A stretch of 64,000 nucleotides of DNA from Escherichia phage EC6, in sequence record JX560968; one strand, 5' to 3'. Shown here piece after piece: positions 1 to 15,907 of this stretch (position 1 is its first letter; each line of letters starts with the position of its first letter). The notes under the pieces were generated by a model, which did not search any database, was not told where the DNA came from, and saw only the letters and a program-made list of their open reading frames with translations. The position numbers were made by a program, and so were the translations under genes.

Positions 1-676
1 CTACGCAACCTTCACAGGTTTTGTAGCTGAATCTCGTAATCTCTCTGAAGAAGCTGTAAAGAATACTGAGGCGAATGTTTATTCTGCTCAGGAAGCTCTT
101 GAACTTGGTTTAATTAACTCAATCATGTCTCAAGATGATTTCTTAAATTACTTACAAGGTTCTGAAGAGGCTCCTGTAAGTTTAAACGTTAACAATTCAG
201 GTGAAGAAATGACTGAACAAGAAAAGCAAGAACTAGAAGCTTTGCGTCTTCAGGTTGCTCAAATGAAAGCTAAAGAACAGGAAGCTGCTTTGTCAGATTT
301 GACTAATAAGATTTCTGCTTCTGCTGAAGCTTTTGGATTTGATGCAAAAGAAGCTGCAACGACTATTTTAGGTGCTGGTCTTGATAACCCTCTGAGTGTT
401 CTGTTTATGAATGCTATGGAAGGTGCTAACCAGAAACTTAATGAAACTATCGCATCCCATGCTTCTGCAATGGAAGAAAAAGAATCAGAAATTACCAAGC
501 TGAAAGAAACTGCTGGTGCTGTTCTTGAACATTCCAATGCTATGGAAGAAGTGGGTAATGACGGCGAAGCTGATTTGGTTGAAGAAGAAAAAGAACCAGC
601 TAAGAATGCTTCCGAAGACACCGCTGAACAACGCAAACTGGCTCTCCAGAACGCTCTAAAATCTCTTATCAAATAA
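1..676 (+). CDS. prohead protease C-terminal part fused in frame to an acidic scaffold-like domain (5' end outside window)
   Basis: Frame of ORF 125..676 stays open back to position 2; upstream part reads ...EANVYSAQEALELGLIN (S49/ClpP-type peptidase C-terminal signature); downstream part is Ala/Glu-rich and coiled-coil-like; lies directly upstream of decoration and capsid genes. Confidence 0.5.
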   Translation, partial: YATFTGFVAESRNLSEEAVKNTEANVYSAQEALELGLINSIMSQDDFLNYLQGSEEAPVSLNVNNSGEEMTEQEKQELEALRLQVAQMKAKEQEAALSDLTNKISASAEAFGFDAKEAATTILGAGLDNPLSVLFMNAMEGANQKLNETIASHASAMEEKESEITKLKETAGAVLEHSNAMEEVGNDGEADLVEEEKEPAKNASEDTAEQRKLALQNALKSLIK

Positions 677-687
677 GGAACACAATA

Positions 688-1065
688 ATGGCATATCAAG
701 GTTTTACTAAGTTAGGTAAAAGAGAACCTCTGAATGATATCATTCTTTGGGAACAGATTACCCCAACAGGCCACTCTCGTAAAGAGTACACACCGGTTGC
801 TTCAACAGAATACCGTGTAGGTGAAGTTCTGAAAGCAGATGGTACTAAGGTTACAGCAGGGCAAGAAGCTCAGGCTGACTCTGTATGTATCGTTAACTTT
901 TATGCAGACTCACAACTGTCTTATCACGGTCAGTTGAAAGTTGTAGGTATCTACCGCGATGCAGAACTGAAAGACATGCTGACTCTTGAGTCTGGTGTTG
1001 ATGCTGCCGCAGTCAAGACAGCTCTGGCTGCTAAAGGTATTGATTTCGTACCAACTGGCCTGTAA
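688..1065 (+). CDS. head decoration-like protein (putative)
   Basis: 125-aa ORF with strong RBS between scaffold and major capsid genes; position and size typical of decoration proteins. Confidence 0.35.
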   Translation: MAYQGFTKLGKREPLNDIILWEQITPTGHSRKEYTPVASTEYRVGEVLKADGTKVTAGQEAQADSVCIVNFYADSQLSYHGQLKVVGIYRDAELKDMLTLESGVDAAAVKTALAAKGIDFVPTGL

Positions 1066-1098
1066 TAACAATAATAAGACATTCTGGAGAATTTTACA

Positions 1099-2202
1099 AT
1101 GTTGACTAATTCTGAAAAAAGCAGATTTTTCCTTGCTGACCTGACTGGTGAAGTCCAGTCTATCCCAAATACTTATGGGTATATTTCCAACTTAGGTCTG
1201 TTCCGTTCAGCACCAATCACCCAAACTACTTTCCTTATGGACTTGACTGATTGGGATGTTAGCTTGCTTGATGCGGTAGACCGTGATAGCCGTAAAGCAG
1301 AGACTAGCGCACCTGAGCGTGTTCGTCAAATCAGCTTCCCAATGATGTACTTCAAAGAAGTTGAAAGCATCACTCCTGATGAAATTCAGGGTGTACGTCA
1401 GCCAGGCACTGCAAACGAGCTTACTACTGAAGCTGTAGTACGTGCTAAGAAGCTGATGAAGATTCGTACCAAGTTCGATATTACTCGTGAGTTCCTGTTT
1501 ATGCAAGCTCTGAAGGGTAAAGTTGTTGATGCTCGTGGTACTCTGTACGCTGACCTGTACAAGCAGTTCGATGTTGAGAAGAAGACTGTTTACTTCGACC
1601 TTGACAACCCTAATGCTGATATCGACGCTTCTATTGAAGAACTGCGTATGCACATGGAAGATGAAGCTAAGACTGGCACTGTAATCAACGGTGAAGAAAT
1701 TCACGTAGTTGTTGACCGTGTGTTCTTCAGCAAGCTGACTAAACATCCTAAGATTCGTGACGCTTATCTTGCACAGCAGACTCCGCTGGCTTGGCAACAG
1801 ATTACTGGTTCTCTGAGAACTGGTGGTACTGACGGCGTTCAGGCTCACATGAACACTTTCTACTACGGTGGTGTTAAGTTTGTCCAGTACAACGGTAAGT
1901 TCAAGGACAAGCGTGGTAAGGTTCACACTCTGGTGAGTATTGATAGTGTAGCAGCAACTGTTGGTGTAGGTCACGCTTTCCCTAACGTTTCTATGCTGGG
2001 TGAAGCAAACAACATCTTCGAAGTGGCTTATGGTCCATGTCCTAAGATGGGTTATGCAAATACACTTGGTCAGGAACTGTATGTATTCGAATACGAAAAA
2101 GACCGTGACGAAGGTATTGACTTTGAAGCTCACTCTTACATGCTGCCATACTGTACTCGTCCTCAGTTGCTGGTAGATGTTCGTGCTGACGCTAAAGGCT
2201 AA
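1099..2202 (+). CDS. major capsid protein (lambda gpE-like family, putative)
   Basis: 367-aa ORF after protease/scaffold/decoration genes; size and order typical of E-like major capsid proteins. Confidence 0.6.
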   Translation: MLTNSEKSRFFLADLTGEVQSIPNTYGYISNLGLFRSAPITQTTFLMDLTDWDVSLLDAVDRDSRKAETSAPERVRQISFPMMYFKEVESITPDEIQGVRQPGTANELTTEAVVRAKKLMKIRTKFDITREFLFMQALKGKVVDARGTLYADLYKQFDVEKKTVYFDLDNPNADIDASIEELRMHMEDEAKTGTVINGEEIHVVVDRVFFSKLTKHPKIRDAYLAQQTPLAWQQITGSLRTGGTDGVQAHMNTFYYGGVKFVQYNGKFKDKRGKVHTLVSIDSVAATVGVGHAFPNVSMLGEANNIFEVAYGPCPKMGYANTLGQELYVFEYEKDRDEGIDFEAHSYMLPYCTRPQLLVDVRADAKG

Positions 2203-2223
2203 TATTCTTAAGGAGGGTTATGA

Positions 2224-2673
2224 ATGTGTTATACAGGCGACCCAGCCAATAACCCTCTTGATAGAGTAAGAATCCTCTGCACAGACACCAATAATGATGA
2301 AATTCTTATTGAACAGTCTGTGCTAGAGTGGTTCTATCTAGAATCTGGAAAGGATGAAAAGAAAGCAGCCATCAAAGCTCTTAAATATTTACTCTTTCAA
2401 GTAGCCAAGATGGGAGATGAGAAAGTTGGTGGTGTTTATTTACGTAACTCTTCCAGATTCAAATCTCTGAAAGCTGTTTATGACGACCTTGTTAAAAGCT
2501 CTGTTTCAGGACTACCCTATGCAGGTGGTATTAATCAGTGTGATATTGACATGCGTCGTCATAATCCTTGCTCTGTCAAGAAATACACAGAATATGGTGA
2601 TGCTGCCAGATACGAAGGCAGAGATTACTGCAACCGTGTTAATGGCGTATTTATTATCGAGCGAGATGAATAA
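2224..2673 (+). CDS. hypothetical head-tail joining/neck protein
   Basis: ORF with AAGGAGGG RBS 8 nt upstream; between capsid and sheath genes. Confidence 0.3.
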   Translation: MCYTGDPANNPLDRVRILCTDTNNDEILIEQSVLEWFYLESGKDEKKAAIKALKYLLFQVAKMGDEKVGGVYLRNSSRFKSLKAVYDDLVKSSVSGLPYAGGINQCDIDMRRHNPCSVKKYTEYGDAARYEGRDYCNRVNGVFIIERDE

Positions 2674-3155
2674 TGGTTAAAAGGGTTATTCACCCCGCTA
2701 GAGCAAAATTAGTCGGGGCTATGAAGAACTTGCAAACGGCTAATGCTCAAGTTGGGTATTTTCAAGAACAAGGTCAACATAGCTCTGGTTTTTCTTATCC
2801 TGCTTTAATGTATTTACAAGAAGTTATTGGGGTTCCTTCAGCTTCTGGTAAAGTATATCGTAGGTTGTTTGAAATCACTATGATGCTAAACAAACAGACC
2901 TTGTTAGAGCAGACTAAGAAGAATCTATATAAGCAACTTAGCAGTCTCAACACAGACCCTTCAAATACCTTAGAAGCATTTGCAAAGAATACTCAAAAGG
3001 CAATTAAAAGGGGTTTTGGTAATTCTGCTATCCTCCCTCCTAACGCACCTTCCACAGTCAAGAAAAAAGGCTTTAACGCACCTCTTGTTGAGACAGGTGA
3101 CTTAAGAGATAACCTTGCTTATAAAATTTCTACTAAGAAGGGTATTAAGAAATGA
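2673..3155 (+). CDS. hypothetical head-tail joining/neck protein
   Basis: Start overlaps stop of upstream ORF (translational coupling); morphogenesis module. Confidence 0.3.
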   Translation: MVKRVIHPARAKLVGAMKNLQTANAQVGYFQEQGQHSSGFSYPALMYLQEVIGVPSASGKVYRRLFEITMMLNKQTLLEQTKKNLYKQLSSLNTDPSNTLEAFAKNTQKAIKRGFGNSAILPPNAPSTVKKKGFNAPLVETGDLRDNLAYKISTKKGIKK

Positions 3156-3553
3156 GACTCTTAAACAGACACAGCTTTGTAGTAAAGCGTAAAGTCTCTG
3201 AAGACGGTTATTATAATGATGATGGTGATTGGGTAGCTTCACAAGATATTGTAGAGGTTAACTGTAAAGGTAATATCCAGCCGTATATCAAAGGTTCTGT
3301 AAAGAATGGTACACAGATTGCTTTACCGGAAGGTATTAGACTTACTGATACAAGAATCCTGTATACCACATATAAACTTAGAACTTCAGATGATGTAGAG
3401 TGGAATGAGTCTGATATTGTTATGATTGATGGTCATGAGTATGAAGTATTTATGACTATGGATTGGTCACAGCAATTAGCCCATACATCCCATTATGAGT
3501 ATATCATTATTAGAAGGGATAAAATGAATGCAGTTAGAAACAGCAGAACTTGA
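3152..3553 (+). CDS. hypothetical virion assembly protein
   Basis: Overlapping start/stop with neighbours in structural module. Confidence 0.3.
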   Translation: MRLLNRHSFVVKRKVSEDGYYNDDGDWVASQDIVEVNCKGNIQPYIKGSVKNGTQIALPEGIRLTDTRILYTTYKLRTSDDVEWNESDIVMIDGHEYEVFMTMDWSQQLAHTSHYEYIIIRRDKMNAVRNSRT

Positions 3554-4127
3554 AAAAGGTCTAGTTAGAACCTTAGTGGATGTTATTGGTCACAGACTAG
3601 CTCGTGATAAAAATAATAGACCAAATGTAATTAGAGCTTACCCTTCTGATAACTCAAATGACAAAGGTTTAAAACCTGACCAGCCATTTATTACCGTATA
3701 TTGTCAAGACGCTGCAACACCTTATGGTTGGGTTCTTGATAAGTTTGTTGAGGATGATGTAGTTTGCTACAGAATTGCTTTTCAGATTCCAGTATTAATT
3801 ACGGTAAATGGTAAAGGTGCTCACAGTATTATGCTTGAGCTTAAACAACGATTAGAGATGAGTTCAGTCAGAGATTTAATTCTTGAAGAGACAGGAGCTA
3901 CAGTTTTAGACACTGGAGCTATCCCAAATGACTACACTTATCTTAATACAGATTTCGAAAATTCTGCACCTCTTGTTGTAACTCTTGTAAAAAATTCAGT
4001 CCTGAAAGATGAACGTGGAAGTATTATTGAGCGTGTCATTGTTGATGGTGAATTAGTTTACGAAGAAGGACAAGAGCCACCAGAATATACTATCCATCTA
4101 GATGTAGACTCCAAAGGGGTAAAATAA
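3528..4127 (+). CDS. hypothetical tail completion/terminator-like protein
   Basis: 199-aa ORF immediately upstream of sheath gene. Confidence 0.3.
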   Translation: MQLETAELEKGLVRTLVDVIGHRLARDKNNRPNVIRAYPSDNSNDKGLKPDQPFITVYCQDAATPYGWVLDKFVEDDVVCYRIAFQIPVLITVNGKGAHSIMLELKQRLEMSSVRDLILEETGATVLDTGAIPNDYTYLNTDFENSAPLVVTLVKNSVLKDERGSIIERVIVDGELVYEEGQEPPEYTIHLDVDSKGVK

Positions 4128-5480
4128 ATGTGGAATCCAATTGTTAATGTAGATATTACATTGAACACCGCAGGAACTACAAGAGAAGGTTTTGGGCTGC
4201 CACTATTTTTAGCTTCAACAGATAACTTTGAAGAAAGAGTCCGTGGTTACACTTCCTTAACTGAAGTTGCTGAAGATTTCGATGAAAATTCTGCTGCATA
4301 TAAGGCTGCTAAACAACTTTGGAGTCAGACTCCTAAAGTAACTCAGCTTTATATTGGTAGACGTGCTATGCAGTACACTGTATCAATTCCTGATGAGGTT
4401 ACTGAGAGCACCGACTATTCTTTAACTGTAGCTGTGAGCGGTGGAGTTTCTCAGCCATTCCAGTACACTTCACAGTCAGAAGATACTGCTGAGAAGGTGC
4501 TACAGCAGCTTAAAACTCAGATTGAAGCAGAACCTTCTGTAAAAGACCTTGTTACTGTCAATGTAACTGGTGCTGGCGGTTCAGCAACAATGGTAATCAC
4601 CAAAGCTGGTGTCAACGACTTCGTGAAGGTTACTACTACAGCACAAACAGTGTCAATTGCAAGCACAACTGCTGACACAGCATCGACTGCTCTGGCAGCT
4701 ATTGAAGCGTATTCAACTGACTGGTATTTCATTGCAGCAGAAGACAGAACTCAACAGTTTGTCTTAGCAATGGCTTCTGAGATTCAAGCTCGTAAGAAGA
4801 TTTTCTTTACAGCTAACTCCGATGTAGCAGCACTGCAAGGTACAGAATTAGCGAGTGCAAATGATGTTCCAGCACAGCTTGCTAAGAATCAGTACACTCG
4901 TACAGTTTGCTTGTGGCATCACACAGCAGCAGAAGACTATCCAGAAATGGCTTATATTGCTTATGGTGCTCCGTATGATGCAGGTTCAATTGCTTGGGGT
5001 AACGCACAGCTAACTGGCGTAGCTGCTTCTCTACAGCCATCTAATCAGAGACCTCTGACAAGTATTCAGAAGTCAGCTTTAGATGCACGTCACTGTAACT
5101 TTATTGACCTTGATGGTGGTGTTCCAGTGGTTCGTAGAGGGATTACTTCTGGTGGGGAATGGATTGATATCATCCGTGGTGTTGACTGGTTAGAATCAGA
5201 CCTGAAAACTTCTCTGAGAGACTTGCTAATTAACCAGAAGGGTGGTAAGATTACTTATGATGATACTGGTATTACCCGTATTCGTCAAGTCATTGAAACC
5301 TCTCTGCAAAGAGCAGTCAACAGAAACTTCCTGTCATCTTACACAGTTAATGTTCCTAAAGCCTCTCAAGTTGCTTTGGCAGACAAGAAAGCTCGTATCC
5401 TGAAAGATGTTACCTTCGCAGGTATCTTGGCAGGGGCTATCTTGGATGTTGACTTGAAAGGTACAGTGGCTTACGAATAA
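4128..5480 (+). CDS. tail sheath protein (putative)
   Basis: 450-aa ORF followed by a 148-aa tube-sized ORF, chaperone pair and tape measure: canonical contractile-tail order. Confidence 0.5.
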   Translation: MWNPIVNVDITLNTAGTTREGFGLPLFLASTDNFEERVRGYTSLTEVAEDFDENSAAYKAAKQLWSQTPKVTQLYIGRRAMQYTVSIPDEVTESTDYSLTVAVSGGVSQPFQYTSQSEDTAEKVLQQLKTQIEAEPSVKDLVTVNVTGAGGSATMVITKAGVNDFVKVTTTAQTVSIASTTADTASTALAAIEAYSTDWYFIAAEDRTQQFVLAMASEIQARKKIFFTANSDVAALQGTELASANDVPAQLAKNQYTRTVCLWHHTAAEDYPEMAYIAYGAPYDAGSIAWGNAQLTGVAASLQPSNQRPLTSIQKSALDARHCNFIDLDGGVPVVRRGITSGGEWIDIIRGVDWLESDLKTSLRDLLINQKGGKITYDDTGITRIRQVIETSLQRAVNRNFLSSYTVNVPKASQVALADKKARILKDVTFAGILAGAILDVDLKGTVAYE

Positions 5481-5495
5481 TAGAGGTAAATTGGA

Positions 5496-5942
5496 ATGGC
5501 TATGTATCAGCAATATTCCCCTAAAGACGTTGTGTGTAGCTGGAATGGTATTGCCATTGAAGGCTTTGCCCCAGACTCATTCTTACGTCTACAGAGAACA
5601 TCACCACTTGTGACACCAGTTGTAGGTGCAGGTGGTCAGGTTGCTCTGACAAGAAGTGCAGACAAGACAGGTACTATTGAGATTGAGCTAATGCAGACTT
5701 CTCTCTCTAATCAGATGCTTTCTGCAATTCAAGCTAAACAAGACAATATGGAACTTGAAGAAGATATCTCTTCTAACTTCGTAATCTACGACCCATCAGG
5801 CTCTGTTCTGGCAACTGGTATTAATGCTTGGTTGCAGGAATTACCACAGATTGAACTTGGTCGTGACCAGAACTCTAAAACTTGGATTTTTGGTTGTGAG
5901 AAGCTAGACTACACTTCTACAATTCCAGCGTCAAGTGTTTAA
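5496..5942 (+). CDS. tail tube protein (putative)
   Basis: 148-aa ORF between sheath and chaperone genes. Confidence 0.45.
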   Translation: MAMYQQYSPKDVVCSWNGIAIEGFAPDSFLRLQRTSPLVTPVVGAGGQVALTRSADKTGTIEIELMQTSLSNQMLSAIQAKQDNMELEEDISSNFVIYDPSGSVLATGINAWLQELPQIELGRDQNSKTWIFGCEKLDYTSTIPASSV

Positions 5943-5954
5943 TAAATCCTATAA

Positions 5955-5994
5955 GGGGGAGACTTTAAAAGGTCTTCCCCTTTTTGTTTCTTTT
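5955..5994 (+). terminator. rho-independent terminator
   Basis: GGGGGAGAC...GTCTTCCCC stem (9 bp with one G-U) followed by TTTTTGTTTCTTTT. Confidence 0.6.
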
Positions 5995-6014
5995 AAAAGT
6001 ATTAAGGAATCACA

Positions 6015-6413
6015 ATGAAAACAGAATCTAGAGTAATTAACGGTAAGAAAGTAAATATCGTTCTGCTTGGGGCAAGAGATGGTATTAAGATGTCTATGAA
6101 GTTGGGTAAAATTGTTGTTCCAACATTTGCACAGATGCTGTCAAGCCTGACTGATAAAGATAAGAAAGAAGCTCCAATGGTTCCATTTAAAGAACTTGTT
6201 GAAGCTTGTTTTGACAGAATTGAAGAAATTAACCTTGAAGAAATGGCTACCCTGTTATTTCAAGGTGCAACTGTTGATGACTTCCCACTTAATATTGATA
6301 CATACTTCCAAGCAAACTACGGTGAATTTATTGATTACTTAGCATTTGCGCTGGAGGCAAACTTCGGAAGTTTTTTCGAAGCAAGCATTTTCAAAAGCCT
6401 AACTTCTCAGTAA
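6015..6413 (+). CDS. tail assembly chaperone (gpG/E-like)
   Basis: 132-aa acidic ORF immediately upstream of tape measure gene; followed by -1 frame ORF. Confidence 0.5.
   Translation: MKTESRVINGKKVNIVLLGARDGIKMSMKLGKIVVPTFAQMLSSLTDKDKKEAPMVPFKELVEACFDRIEEINLEEMATLLFQGATVDDFPLNIDTYFQANYGEFIDYLAFALEANFGSFFEASIFKSLTSQ
6371..6377 (+). other. putative -1 programmed ribosomal frameshift slippery heptamer T TTT TTC
   Basis: Heptamer X XXY YYZ in frame of ORF 6015..6413, 12 codons before its stop; -1 frame is open from here through ORF 6416..6655. Confidence 0.45.
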
Positions 6414-6415
6414 AC

Positions 6416-6654
6416 ATGGGTAACACTCTACAGACACCACTGACTGATGCTGCTGTAGAGGCAACCTATGAAGAAGCAGACGAGATGAAATTTGTGCTTG
6501 CTATTTATGGTATGGAAGGGTGTAAAGAAACACTTGACCAACTCTTTGCTATGACATTCTCTGATTTATTATCATTGAGACAATTTCTTGAGATTCAGAG
6601 GTCGTATAAAGAGGAAATTGCTTACAACGAACTTAGAAGAGCAGGAAAAATGTA

Positions 6655-6655
<1 letters not shown>
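6416..6655 (+). CDS. tail assembly chaperone frameshift extension (gpGT/E'-like)
   Basis: 79-aa ORF in -1 frame relative to 6015..6413, ends at tape measure start. Confidence 0.45.
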
Positions 6656-12054
<5,399 letters not shown>

Positions 12055-12055
<1 letters not shown>

Positions 12056-13524
12056 TGGCAGGACTAACTACAACAGGATTACAAACTCTAAGATATCAGG
12101 AGATTTTTGATAATATCAAATCAAGACTTCTTAGAGATATTTCACCAAACCTTGACGTTTCTGAAGATAGTCAATTAGGACTCTTCCTAGCTTCAATTGC
12201 AAGGTCTTTAGCAGATACCCATGAGATTCTATCAGAAGTCTATGACGGTGGAACAATTGACAAGGCCGAAGGCTTTAACCTTGATGATATTACAGCTTTA
12301 AATGCTGTATATAGATATGTTGCTCAGGCAACAAGAGGTCAGGTAGAGTTTACTGGAACGACTGGTGCTACCATTCCTTCAACAACAAGACTAAGAAGTA
12401 CTGCCGGAAATATCTTTTATCCAGTTAACAACATTACCCTAACCCCATCATATTGTGTTGAAGCTGTCCTTGAAGTTAACTCTTTACGAACTGATGCAGA
12501 TTATGTTATTATTATTGATAACGTCATTTTCTCATATAAACCAACCTCATCAGACACAATCACCACACTTCTAACAAAATTAGCAGAAGCTATTAATGGT
12601 GGTATTGTAGCAAAGGCAGAAGTCATTAATGATGGAGCATCATTAAGAGTCTATAAAGATGAGGGTGATATCATTGCCAGAACAAACCCTATGGTTGTCA
12701 CTGCGACAACGTTTCTGACCTTTACAAAAATTACAACTATTTCAGATGTAGTAGCTGAAGAGGTGGGTGCTACTCCTGCTTTGGCTGGTACACTTATTGA
12801 GATTGAGACAACTGTTGATGGTCTTGACAGTATTTATAACAGGTATGACTTAACAACTGGTAGAAACGAAGAAACTGACACAGAACTTAGACAGAGATAT
12901 TTAGAATCCTTAGCAGTTACTGGTGTAGGGACTTTAGATGCAATTGTAGCTGCTGTTAAAAGAGTTCAAGGTGTCTCAGATGCTTCAGGTGTTGAAAATG
13001 ATACTGAAGAGACAAACTCAGAAGGTCTTCCACCAAAATCTTTTAAGATTGTCGTAGTTGGTGGTCAAAATGATAATGTAGCTCAGGCAATCTGGGATAC
13101 AAAACCTGCTGGTATTAGGGCTTATGGCTCAATTTTTGGTACAGCCTATGATTTAGGTGGTTTGGCACATAATATCTATTTTAGCAGACCAACACCAAAA
13201 TACGCATTTGTTAAGGTGTCTTACTCACTATATGATGAAGAAAGCTTGACAATCCCTGAAGAGGATATCAGAGACAGTATTGTACAAGGTATTAATGCCT
13301 ACGGAAGAACTCTTAAGGTTGGTAATGACGTTATCCCTAACAGAATCTATGGATATATCTATGACGTAATTAAAGGTATTGAGATTAATGAAGTTAAAGT
13401 AGCATTATCAAACAGTCAATCAGTTCCACCTAGTGACGGACAATATACTACAGCAAGAATTACTGTTGACGGTGACCAATATACTGTTTGGGAAAGCAGC
13501 CAGTATACCATCACTAAGGAGTAA
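12055..13524 (+). CDS. baseplate J-like protein (putative)
   Basis: 489-aa ORF following W-like ORF. Confidence 0.35.
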
Positions 13525-13526
13525 TA

Positions 13527-14381
13527 ATGTTTGAAAAGATTGATAGTGTTTATTACAAAACACTTGATGAACGAACTGTAACACAGTTTAAAGATAAGTT
13601 TATCTACACAAGCATCTTGAAAGCAATCACTGATGAGTTACAAACACTAGAGGATGTTTGCTGGCAGATGCACACAGAGAGAAATATCAGGACATCAGTA
13701 GGTCAACAACTTGATAATATTGGCTCACTGATTAAAGTTCCTAGACCTTTAGGTGCTGATGATGAAACATATAGAGCTATGCTTTATATCCAAATCTTCC
13801 TAAGACGCTCTGACACTACTCCAACATTCTTGCAAAAAGCAATTATGACACTGTATGGTGCAACTTTCTCTCAGATTTTTGAGCATATTACCCCTAAGAC
13901 TGGGGGTATCGTTATCCGTATCAACACTAGGAAAAGTGTTCTAGATGCTGCATATACACTGTCAAAGATTTCTGCAACAACTACTGGCTCCGCTGTTATC
14001 TTAAGAGATGTTACTTTAAAAGGAACTGCTTGGACTCCTGTAGAGGTTGCTGATTCATCACTTGCTATTGTTGATGATAAAGAGAACTGGTTTGTAACTG
14101 ACGCTAACAGAGGTCTTGTCACAAATAACACTGGTGGCTCTCTGGAGTCCAACATAGTAGGGAGCCTTGCAGATGCTGGTGTTATTGATGGTTACTTTAA
14201 GGTTGACAGAACAGCAAACTCACAGAGTGATGATTATATGACTGTAGATAGGTCTAATAACAGTGGATATTTCATCGTTGGTAAAGAAGCTATCGCAGGT
14301 GGTGCATACGGAATCATGGCTGAGGTTGCACAAATTGTCAAAGGCAGAAAAGATAAATCACAACAAGAAGGAAATTCTTAA
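13527..14381 (+). CDS. baseplate/tail fiber attachment protein (putative)
   Basis: 284-aa ORF between J-like and fiber genes. Confidence 0.3.
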   Translation: MFEKIDSVYYKTLDERTVTQFKDKFIYTSILKAITDELQTLEDVCWQMHTERNIRTSVGQQLDNIGSLIKVPRPLGADDETYRAMLYIQIFLRRSDTTPTFLQKAIMTLYGATFSQIFEHITPKTGGIVIRINTRKSVLDAAYTLSKISATTTGSAVILRDVTLKGTAWTPVEVADSSLAIVDDKENWFVTDANRGLVTNNTGGSLESNIVGSLADAGVIDGYFKVDRTANSQSDDYMTVDRSNNSGYFIVGKEAIAGGAYGIMAEVAQIVKGRKDKSQQEGNS

Positions 14382-14683
14382 TGGCAGTTTTAAATTGGTC
14401 TACAAATGAAGTAGATACTGATGGTAATCAGTTAAAAGTTTTACCACCACCGGAAATTCAAGAGACAGGTCTTTTAAAGGGTGAGCCTATGGGTAGACAG
14501 TGGTTCAACTATATTATCAACTACCTGCTGAATAAAGTAAACGGCACTGTCGGTGAAGTTCGCTCATATGCAACTGAGCAACCAGATTTAGTGGCTAATG
14601 GCTGGAATCTGATTAAGTCTGAGACAGGGACTGCATCAACAAGTACAAGAAACCTTTACACATATGAATATGTAGGAGCTTAA
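14381..14683 (+). CDS. hypothetical tail protein
   Basis: 100-aa ORF with overlapping start. Confidence 0.25.
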   Translation: MAVLNWSTNEVDTDGNQLKVLPPPEIQETGLLKGEPMGRQWFNYIINYLLNKVNGTVGEVRSYATEQPDLVANGWNLIKSETGTASTSTRNLYTYEYVGA

Positions 14684-14685
14684 TA

Positions 14686-15861
14686 ATGGCAGTAGGTGAA
14701 ATTCAAATTAGTGCCTTGCCACAAGCGGCCTTACCAGTTGATTTAAGTGATATCTTCCACCTTAAGCAAGGTGTTGAAGATAAAAGATGTACGCTTGAAC
14801 AGTTGTTAGCACCTCACGCATCTCTGAGGAATAACCCTCATGGTGTAACTAAATCACAAGTTGGTCTTGATAATGTTATTAACTCTCTTCAATTAGTTGC
14901 AGCTAATAACTTATCAGACATTGTGAATGTTGCTGAGGCAAGAGCAAATCTACAAATTATGTCGTCAGAGGAAGTGAATAACTTAATTCAGCAACATATT
15001 GACGACAAAAGTAACCCACACAATACAACGAAAGCACAGGTTGGTTTAAGTAATGTTCAGAACTGGACAACATCTAATCTGTACAATGAAGATGCTGATA
15101 AGTATGCTACCGCGAGAGCAGTGAATAATTTATACAAAGCTATCCAAACATCATATCCAGTAGGGACTATTCATCTATCTGTTAACTCTGCTAACCCGTC
15201 CACTTACTTGCTTTGTGGAGGTACTTGGGAGTTAGTTTCTAAAGGTAGGGCGCTTGTTGGTTATGATACAGAAGCTAGACCTGTTGGTTCAACGTTCGGT
15301 TCTCAGACTGTAGCATTAACAAATAATAATTTACCAGCACACACCCACTCTATCTATTTAACAGGTGGTGGTCATACACACTCTGCAAGTGTATCTATCT
15401 CTAGTTTTGATTATGGTTCAAAGAGTACATCAACTTTTGACTACGGTACGAAGGCAACTAACAGTGCTGGTGCTCACACCCACACATTTAGTGGAACGAC
15501 AAGTAATGAGGGTAACCACAACCATAGAGTACCTCTGAGGGGTAATGATAGAAGTGGGTTAAATGCTATTACCGCATCTGCTGATGCTGGGGTTGGTAAT
15601 GCTTCGTATACTGATTTAGCTGGTGCTCACACCCATAGCTTCTCAGGTACAACTGCATCATCTGGTGCTCATAGTCATACTGTTGCAATTGGTGCTCACA
15701 GCCACACTGTTAATATTGGTTCACACAGTCATACGGGCACTGTTACTGTTTCTAGCTCTGAGCATACACACTCAGGGACATCTGGTTCTGTTGGTGGTGG
15801 TCAAGCTTTCAGTGTTGAGCAGCCATCTTTTGTAGTATATGTGTGGCAGAGAACAGCTTAA
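14686..15861 (+). CDS. tail fiber protein with His-x-His-rich C-terminal tip
   Basis: Repeated NPH(G/N)xTK(S/A)QVGL motifs; C-terminal AHTHSFSGTT, AHSHTVAIGAHSHTVNIGSHSHTG repeats (HxH boxes as in metal-binding fiber tips); ends ...AFSVEQPSFVVYVWQRTA. Confidence 0.5.
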   Translation: MAVGEIQISALPQAALPVDLSDIFHLKQGVEDKRCTLEQLLAPHASLRNNPHGVTKSQVGLDNVINSLQLVAANNLSDIVNVAEARANLQIMSSEEVNNLIQQHIDDKSNPHNTTKAQVGLSNVQNWTTSNLYNEDADKYATARAVNNLYKAIQTSYPVGTIHLSVNSANPSTYLLCGGTWELVSKGRALVGYDTEARPVGSTFGSQTVALTNNNLPAHTHSIYLTGGGHTHSASVSISSFDYGSKSTSTFDYGTKATNSAGAHTHTFSGTTSNEGNHNHRVPLRGNDRSGLNAITASADAGVGNASYTDLAGAHTHSFSGTTASSGAHSHTVAIGAHSHTVNIGSHSHTGTVTVSSSEHTHSGTSGSVGGGQAFSVEQPSFVVYVWQRTA

Positions 15862-15870
15862 TTTCTTTAC

Positions 15871-15893
15871 AGGGGCTTTATAGCCCCTTTTAA
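15871..15893 (+). terminator. rho-independent terminator
   Basis: AGGGGCTTTATAGCCCCTTTT hairpin plus T-tract. Confidence 0.55.
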
Positions 15894-15907
15894 GAGGAAA
15901 ATTTATA

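Noticed and set aside
1207-2133. 308-aa minus-strand ORF inside the major capsid gene (similar antisense ORFs at 259..699, 4517..4732, 13871..14155, 27809..28657, 50124..50651, 54283..54957)
   Set aside because: Fully embedded antisense to strongly supported genes, no RBS, low-complexity translations; typical spurious shadow ORFs
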